64,000 nucleotides of DNA from Eledone cirrhosa (lineage: Eukaryota). The translations under genes were made by a program, and so were the position numbers. The notes beneath the pieces were generated by a model that worked only from the letters and a program-made list of their open reading frames with translations, was not told where the DNA came from and searched no databases. Positions 25,201-35,187 of the stretch are shown in pieces; the first letter of the stretch is position 1; each line of letters begins with the position of its first letter. The stretch lies in the NCBI GenBank assembly GCA_964016885.1, contig OZ024761.1, positions 16,182,001-16,246,000 of the forward strand, given 5' to 3'.

Positions 25201-28200
25201 TGTCTTTCTTTTCCTCATCATTTCATTTATACCCCCAGGAATTTGACGAAAGGGTTCGGTGCTCCACCAGTCATAGCGGATGTCCACAATGACGGTGTTA
25301 TGGACATTCTGGTGAATGCTTTTGATGGAAACCTCATTCTGTACGACAGCCGGACTTTTAAAGTCAAGTGGAAAATCAACTTTGATGGTTACGAGTCATT
25401 CAGGTGAGTTGCTATGGAAACCAAAAGATCTTTTTAAACATTTTAATTGTTTTTTTTCTTTTCGTTTTTGTATTTTGGTAAAAAATGATAAAAAATGAAG
25501 TTGTTTTGTTTTATTTTCAATTGCCACTTGTACTGTGTAGAGCAGTGATTCCTAACATGGGGCACACACCCTAGGGTAACAATTTGAATATTTAAGGGGG
25601 CCATTTGAAAATGATGTTAATGAGAACAAACCTTCAGGTTTTACTTTATTACTTTTATACCAAGACAAATTTGGTACACATTACTGTCAGAAACTCCTGT
25701 CTCACCTCCTCCACATGTTATTGTACATCTGGCACCATCTATATGGTACATATTACTGTCAGAAGCTCCTGTCCCACATATCCCACACATGTTATTGTGT
25801 ATCTGGCTCCACCTATATGGTACACATTACTGTCAGAAGCTCCTGTCTCACCTCCTCCAGATGTTATTGTACAACTGGCACCACCTATATGGTACACATT
25901 ACTATCAGAAACTCCTGTCTCACCTCCTCCACATGTTATTGTGTATCTGGCACCACCTATATGGTACATATTACTGTCAGAAGCTCCTGTCCCACCTCTC
26001 CCACACATGTTATTGTGTATCTGGCACCACCTATATGGTACATATTACTGTCAGAAGCTCCTGTCCCACCTCCTCCAGATGTTATTGTACATCTGGCACC
26101 ATCTATATGGTATATATTACTGTCAGAAGCTCCTGTCCCACCTCTCCCACACATGTTATTGTGTATCTGGCACCATCTATATGGTACATATTACTGTCAG
26201 AAACTACTGTCTCACCTCTTCCACATGTTATTGTACATCTGGCATCACCTATATCAAAGGTTCTCAACGAGGGGCATATGCACCCCCAGGGGGCGTTTGG
26301 GAGCAAGGGGGCATTGGGGGGGGGGGAGGGGGGGTTGGAGCTTTGGAATGCACTGGAAGGCTCTTTACTTTAGTAAGTTTTATAAGCCATATTTGTATGT
26401 CTTTGAGACAGCCAGCGTGAATGCATTTGAATGAGCATGCAGACAGCATAACTATGGTCTGACCGCAGGTGTGCAGGCATGTTTAGACATTAACCGGCAA
26501 TTGAGATCCTAATAATAGAAAAACCCACAGTCAACTGGGTCAAGGACACTTCAATCGCAGCCAGTTAGAATCTTGTCTTTCCTTCACCGATAACAATGTA
26601 TTTCATGTCTGAAATTATTGACTCAACCATAATGAGTTAACACTATGTAGATCTATTTTATTTCCTATTGTATAAATAATATTACAAATAAAAAAAAAAC
26701 AAAAAAAACACAGAAGCGAGTAGCACACACATCTAGGACCGCATACAACACATAATCAGATAATACATACATCTAGGACCACATACAACACATAAGCAGG
26801 TAATACATATATCTAGGACCACATACAACACATAAGCAGGTAATACACACATCTAGGACCACATACAACACATAAGCAGGTAATACATATATCTAGGACC
26901 ACATACAACACATAAGCAGGTAATACATACATCTAGGACTACATGCAACATATAAGGAGGTAGCACACACATCTAGGACCATATACAGCACACAGGTAAG
27001 TAATACATACATTTAGGACCACATACAACACATAAGCAGGTAATACAAACATCTAGGACCACATACAACACATAATCAGGTAATACAAACATCTAGGAGC
27101 ACATGCAATACATAAGCAGGTAATACACACATCTAGGACTACCTACAACACACAGGCAGGTAATACATATATCTAGGACCAAATACAACACACATTGTAT
27201 CATGTGCTATGGACGACGCTAGAGCAATGGTTGGCCAACATAAGGGTTTCGTCACTCTTCTGAAGAAAGAAAATCTATCTTATTTGTTGTTCATTGTGTC
27301 ATTCATCGACAACACTTGGCTGCGAAGAAACTCAGCGAGCCGCTGAGCAAGTCCTTGCAGGTGGCCATTGATGTCATCAATTTTATCAATTGGCATTCTC
27401 TCAATGAACGAATTTTCCGGCAACTGTGCCAAGATAATGACGAAGAATTTGTCAATTTGCTCCTTCATAATGAAGTGAGGTGGCTTTCAAAGGGCAAGTG
27501 CCTTACTCACTTCTTTGAACTGTTTGACTCTATCATTGAGTTTCTGCGAGGACGCAACACAGAACTGTACAAGAAAACTCTCGATGTGAGGCAAAACTGC
27601 GCCAACCTCACCGACATCGTCGACAAACCACTGTCTCCTCTTTCACTGTACCACCACACCACCACAGTCTTCTCACTATCACTACTTCTGCCACCACCAC
27701 AGTCCTCTACCACCACCACCGCCACCTCTATTAATGTCTGCTCTCTCTCTCTCTCTCTCTCTCTTCAGTATTCCAGCTCCCGGCTACTTCAACAATGATG
27801 CTTACCTTGACTTCATGCTGCACCTCAACTATGGTACATACCCTGCCTACACACATTCCATGGTAGGTCCTATACTATCACCTCAACTAGAATACCCTAT
27901 ACTCTGTCTACACATACTCCATTGTGGATCATCCTCTAACCCTTTATTATATGGACCAACATGTATTAACCGCTGCATACCAAATAAGGGCAACCAGCCA
28001 TAGAAAACTTGCCAAGCAAAGCATTGAGAGGACTCTTCACTCCCTAGTGCTGGTGTCATGGTGAAATACCCTCTTCACTCCCTAGTGCTGGTGTCATGGT
28101 GAAATACCCTCTTTACTCCCTAGTGCTGGTGTCATGGTGAAATACCCTCTTCACTCCCTAGTGCTGGTGTCATGGTGAAATACCCTCTTCACTCCCTAGT

Positions 28201-31200
28201 GTTGGTGTCATGGTGAAATACCCTCTTCACTCCCTAGTGCTGGTGTCATGGTGAAATACCCTCTTCACTCCCTAGTGCTGGTGTCATGGTGAAATACCCT
28301 CTTCACTCCCTAGTGCTGGTGTCATGGTGAAATACCCTCTTCACTCCCTAGTGTTGGTGTCATGGTGAAATACCCTCTTCACTCCCTAGTGTTGGTGTCA
28401 TGGTGAAATACCCTCTTCACTCCCTAGTGCTGGTGTCATGGTGAAATACCCTCTTCACTCCCTAGTGCTGGTGTCATGGTGAAATACCCTCTTTACTCCC
28501 TAGTGCTGGTGTCATGGTGAAATACCCTCTTTACTCCCTAGTGCTGGTGTCATGGTGAAATACCCTCTTCACTCCCTAGTGTTGGTGTCATGGTGAAATA
28601 CCCTCTTCACTCCCTAGTGTTGGTGTCATGGTGAAATACCCTCTTTACTCCCTAGTGTTGGTGTCATGGTGAAATACCCTCTTTACTCCCTAGTGCTGGT
28701 GTCATGGTGAAATACCCTCTTTACTCCCTAGTGCTGGTGTCATGGTGAAATACCCTCTTTACTCCCTAGTGCTGGTGTCATGGTGAAATACCCTCTTTAC
28801 TCCCTAGTGCTGGTGTCATGGTGAAATACCCTCTTTACTCCCTAGTGCTGGTGTCATGGTGAAAAACACTTACTAAAACGAGTGATCATATGTAAGCAAA
28901 ATTCAACACCTTGGCCCCTTGGAGCAAGGGATAGGGAGCGGAAACTCACATAAGTGAGATGCCTGCCCCTGCCTATGATCCATTTGGCAGTTGAGTAGTA
29001 ATCGGTCTGTGTTGATCCATTCAACCCTTGGTAACAGGGAAAAATGGATGTTTAACGATGATGATGTTGAGTCTAGTGATCGATCTATAACATTGTAGAC
29101 CAATCCATATCAGTGTAGTGACCGATACCTACTATATGTAATGGCGGTGGATCAGCAGTATCGGTAGAGGGTCGGACGCCATGCTTTGCAACGTAGAGTT
29201 ACGCTCCTTTACAGTCTGAGTTCAAATCCCGCCGAGTTTAACTTTGCCTTTCATCCTTACGGGGGTCGATAAAATAAAGTACCAGTAATGCACTGGGATA
29301 ATTGCTGGCCTTGTGCCAAAAAGTAGACACAATTATTTGTAATAAGGTTGATCCATGCCATTGTGTATTAACTGATCATATCACACCATACCATACCATA
29401 CCAATCTCTTTGTTTCTTTCTGTCCTTCTCCTTCTTCCTCACTCACTAGGTAGTGGTGGTCAGTGGGAAGGACGGAGCAGTCCTTTGGAAAATAGCTTCC
29501 TCGTTTCCTTCGTTCAACTCTGACCTCACTTTGCAAATGGTTGAACACCAACGTGACATGTTCGTGTTTAAGGTATTTGATCGCGAAGGCCCTGTTTATG
29601 TGGACAGCAACGAGGTCTTGAATGGCGTCGACGGTCGGAAATATGTAAGTTGATTCTCTCTCACCTTATTCTATCACCCTCTCTCTCTCTCACCTTATTC
29701 TATCACCCTCTCTCTCTCTCTCACACCTTATTCTATCACCCTCTCTCTCACACCTTATTCTATCACCCTCTCTCTCTCACACCTTATTCTATCACCCTCT
29801 CTCTCTCTCTCTCACACCTTATTCTATCACCCTCTCTCTCTCTCACACCTTATTCTATCACCCTCTCTCTCTCTCTCACACCTTATTCTATCACCCTCTC
29901 TCTCACACCTTATTCTATCACCCTCTCTCTCTCTCACACCTTATTCTATCACCCTCTCTCTCTCTCTCACACCTTATTCTATCACCCTCTCTCTCTCTCT
30001 CTCACACCTTATTCTATCACCCTCTCTCTCTCTCTCACACCTTATTCTACCACCCTCTCTCTCTCTCACACCTTATTCTATCACCCTCTCTCTCTCACCT
30101 TATTCTATCACCCTCTCTCTCTCTCACCTTATTCTATCACCCTCTCTCTCTCACCTTATTCTATCACCCTCTCTCTCTCTCACACCTTATTCTACCACCC
30201 TCTCTCTCACACCTTATTCTACCACCCTCTCTCACCTTATTCTATCCCCCCTCTCTCACTCTCCATATTCTATCCCCCCTCTTTCACTCACTCCCTTTCA
30301 CCTTACTCACCATATTCTACCTTCTCTCTGTTGTAGTTGTTCAACAATTCCGAAATTCCTTCAGCTTCTAGTAAGTATCTTTTAAAATATATTGTGGCCT
30401 TGTGGTGAGGGTGTTGGACTGTTGACCAAAGGGAAGGTGCGTGGTGTGGCCTAATGGTTCGGGTGTTGCACTCACAATTTGAAGTTCTTGGGTTCAATTC
30501 CTGGACCAAGCAGATGTGTCTTCTAGCAGGATGCTTCATTTCACATTTTAAGGATAAAACAGGAGCCCTCTATTATTAAAGCATCTGAGAAACGAACAAT
30601 GAGATACAAACTTACATTTGTGTGAGCTGTACGATCATCATACATATGTTTGTGTTTGATAGGACTGGAGCCGCTACCAGGAAAACACCCAAGAGACCTC
30701 TTATGAAATGTAACTTTGTAGGAGGCCAGCTAAACCTGCATAGGTTTGAGCTGTAGCAACAACATGATAGGACTAGGGCCCCTACCATGAAAACACCTGA
30801 GAAACCTATTGGGAGACCTTAGTTCAAAGCATCTATTATACAAGTTTAAAAGATATATGGAGAGAGAAAAGGCATATATCATTTGAGAAACACATACCAT
30901 TTTGTACACATATATAGAGCAAACAATATGGCGGAAAATATACATACTTTAAGATGGTAATAACTCTAAATTTCTCATCTTAAAGTATGTATATTTTCCT
31001 ACATATTGTTTGCTCTATATACATGGAAGCATGGCCTAGAATCAAAAGGCCTTAAAATTAACCTGTCTAAGACTAAAGTTCTAGTTTGTAGGAAGGAAAA
31101 TAGGGCACCAGTCCCATCTGGGAAATGGTCATGCTCAGTGTGTAGGAAAGGAGTAGGCAGAAACTCCATTTTATGTCCCAAATGCAAAGTATGGGTGCAT

Positions 31201-34200
31201 AAAAGATGTAGTGGGATCACAGGTAAGCTAACTAAGAATATAGATTTTATATGTGGCCGGTGCTCTGGTGCAATAAGTAGCAGCAAGTGCCCACAGAATA
31301 CTAGCTCATTCCATTGCACAGATGGTTCTATAGAAATAGTGGACACCTTCCGTTACCTGGGTGACAAAATCAGCAGTGGGGGAGGGTGCTCTGAAAGTAC
31401 AGTAGCTAGAGTCAGAACGGGATGGAAAAAGTTCAGAGAGCTTATACCACTATTGGCCGCTAAAGGGTTCTCTAAAAATGAAAGGTAGGTTGTATGATGC
31501 CTGCATATGAACAGCAATGTTACATGGCAGTGAGACCTGGGCATTGTGTGCAGAGGATATACGCAGACTGGAGAGGAACAAAGCTTGCATGCTCCGCTGG
31601 ATGTGTAATAGTAATATACGTGAACGGCAAAGCATAAACAAACTAAGGGAGAAATTAGAAATAAGAGGGATCAGATGTTGTTTACTCGAGAGAAGACTAC
31701 GTTGGTACGGTCAAGTGATGCGCATGAAAGACGACAGCTGTATAAAAAAGTGCAGGGCGATAAAAATAGACGGTAGCCACGGAGTAGGCAGACCCAGAAA
31801 AACCTGGGACGACTTGATAAATTCCAACCTCACACACTTACACCTCTCCAAGACAATGTCACTGGACCGAGAGCTTTGGCGCTACACAGTAATAGAGAAG
31901 ACCCGCCTTGCCTAAGTACAAAGCGAAACCTACAGTCAGTAGGCACCTCTAACAAAAATACACCCCCGTCCCACTACCCCCACCCCATCCACACCACCCC
32001 TTTCGATGTAAAGTTATGTTGGTACTACAACATCCAGTCCGAAACAAATGAGGTCATGTAGATGTCACGACAAAAAAACACTCAGTCCACGCTGTAATGT
32101 GGCCGTGTAGGTAACACGGTAAAAACCTCCCAGTACACACTGTGGTTTGTGTTAGGAAGGGCATCCAGCCGTAGAAAACCCGCCAGACAGTCCTATACGA
32201 GCAAGACGACCAATCTTGCCTCAAGTGGGAAAATTCCCGTCCAAACCCATGCTAGCGTGGAAGATGGACGTTAAACGATGATGATGATGATGTGCGTGCG
32301 TGCAAAGTGTCTGTTTGAGTGTGTGTGTGTGTCCACTTTGTACTCAGAAATTAAAAATTATGAACACCTACAAAAATATATAATTTGTCTGGCAGGTCAC
32401 TGGACAGGTAAGAATAATATTTATTTCAATGTGTAAAGTTTCTGATTCATCAGTGCCGTAGATGAGATAACTCATCCTAAAATGTACGCATTCCAGTGCC
32501 ACGGACGAGATAACTCATCCTAACATGTTTGAACTCATTTCCAACAGTTCATAACTTCAAAGTTATAAATTTCTTTCCAGTGCATCTCCCTTACCATCCT
32601 CCGGGGAAACGCCTTCTACATCCTGTCCGCCAGGGCTGTGGGGAGGCCAGCACGTGGGACCCCATTTGCTCACCATACAGATTAATAGGCAAAGTTATAA
32701 GCTATTGTAAATGGCATTTGTTCGTGTTTCATATAATCAAAAAAAAAAAAAAAAAAAATTTCCCACTTCAAAGTTATAAACTCTTTTCCAACAGTTCATA
32801 ACTTCAAAGCTAGATGGGGTTACTAGTTTATTGATGTGACATTTATCAATCATTCAGATATGTCTTGTTAATAAATGTTTGTTTAAAAAAATAATCATTT
32901 TACTGAAAAAAAACCCACCACAGCAACTGTAGCTGTGTAAAATATATGCGGCAGTCAACAGGTTAAAATTTGTTTATGTCTCCATATTCATATTCATCTT
33001 GCAATAAAAATTAAAAAAAGAAAAGAAAGAGAAGCAAACACACAGATATGTATACAAACACAGACATATTTTGTAATGTGTGTAAAAATTTATTGTTACT
33101 TTCATGAAATAGTTTGGCATTGTCGGGTGCCTTTGCTAGTATTAAATTTAAAAAAGATTCCTTGATAAATTTCTCTGATTATTTGTTTAATGTTTATAGA
33201 AACAGATTTCCACATTTCATATTCAAATCGCTATTTCCGTGTTTGTTCTGTGGATAATCTGTCGTCCCTCACTGAGGAAGTCTTCCTAATGGATCGAAGT
33301 AACATGGACAGACCATATCTGTTGGCAGACAATAAACATTACCGTGAGTATTACTATTTCATTCTGTAACCCTTTTGATACTACCTTTGGTTGTGCAATA
33401 CAAAACTGTTTGTTGTAAAGTGTTTATATTTATCTAAGAACCCATAAGTTATGTTCCAAACACCCTCTTAACCGTTCGATACTAAATTGCCTGAAATTAA
33501 CCCTGGTTCTATGATATGAAACTCTTTGTTTTAAAGTGTTTGTATTTAACTAAAAACCTTCCATAATAATTTTGCTTAACAACCTTTGTTAAGTTATATT
33601 CCAAACACCAGCTGAATAATTAGGAAATCACTCCAAATTATTTATTATTTTCAAAATTATTTATAAATTGTAGGTAGTGTCTTTCATTAGAAATATAGGA
33701 ACAAGTTATGGTAAAGGGTTAATAAGCTATGATGATGACACTGGAAATAACAACACAAGTAGAGAAGCAACTTCACCTGTGGTACCTTTTTACAGCTAGA
33801 GGCACTGAGCTGTTTAGAGTTACACACACATATATGTATATATATATATATTGTCCTTGGACACAATCATTTCAGTGCAAACTCTACTTAATGCTTTAAA
33901 TTACACCAGTTGTAGCAACTACTGACAGCTAGTGTCATACAGTGTTTCTTGGGTAGTTTTAAAACCTGGCTCATGGCTTTTGAAGCAAAGGCTTATGTAG
34001 ATGAATTGCAGGATAATCTACAAGATGGTGGCCAAAGTCCTATGGCTATGAAATTCATTTCTTTGGTCGGAATACAAGCATTAACCCTTTAGCATTTACA
34101 TTACTCTATATTTACTATTGTATTTTCATGGTAAATGCTTTACCTCACATAATTATCTCACATAATATCGAATCTATGAGATTCTGATATTATTTATTTT

Positions 34201-35149
34201 GAGAATAATACCTTAACATCAGTATGAGTGGCTGGTTACAGCCGGCTTCAATAGAAATAGATGAGACATTTCTGGCCTGATACCGTCAATTTAAATGCTA
34301 AAGTGTTAAAGATTGTCCAAGATATTAACATCCCGAAGAATGTCATGAGGAAGAATTGACATCAATATTAGACATAGAAGGTTGAAAGGCAAAGATTTAA
34401 TTACTGACAAAAGTGTCTAGATGTTGTGCCTTAACATTTTATTTCTTTCTTATTAATAGCTTTCCCAAATTCAACATCGGGACAACGGCTGTGTATTGTT
34501 GTGAAACGTTTTGGTCGCGGAACAGGTAAGTACTGGTGTGTGTATGTGTGTACATCTAAATATATATATATATATATATGGAGGCACATGGCTTAGTGGT
34601 TAGAGCATTGGCCTTGCAATCGAAAGGTTGTGAGTTCAATTCTCAGACCGGGTGATGTGTTGTTTCCTTGAGCAAGACACTTTATTTCACATTGCTCCAG
34701 TTTACTCAGCTGTAGAAATGAGATGATAGGGACTGGGTTCCCTATCATTCCACTGCAAAAGTGGTCATGGAGGTGCCATGGCAAAAAAGCACCCAGCACT
34801 CACTGTAAATGAGGTTGGTGTTAGGAAGGGCATCCAGCTGTAGAAATCAAGCCAGAATCAGTTCCCGTCCCACCCTTGCAAGCAGGGAAAAAGCGGACGT
34901 AAAATGAAATGATATATATATATTTCACCGTATTTTTGACTAAAGAAATTTTTACCCTGATAATGGGGTTTAGAACCCTCAGATAAATAGAAAAAGATGA
35001 GTATTGACGTACATACTCATCTTTTTCCATTTATCTGAGGGTTCTAGACCCCATTATCAGGGTAAAAATTTCTTTAGTCAAAAATACGGTGAAAGCTATT
35101 CTATTTTCTAATTTCAAACCTGCTCACTGTTTCAAAATATACTTACTTG

Positions 35150-35187
<38 letters not shown>

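Noticed and set aside
27316-27798. Domesticated ZBED/SCAND3-like gene or extra exon
   Set aside because: Frameshifted, truncated hAT fragment; exons 8 and 9 join in phase without it.
28033-28865. CRISPR-like array of 38-bp repeats
   Set aside because: Units are head-to-tail with no unique spacers, there are no cas genes, and the context is a eukaryotic intron: a minisatellite. The same applies to the 40-bp and 73-bp arrays.
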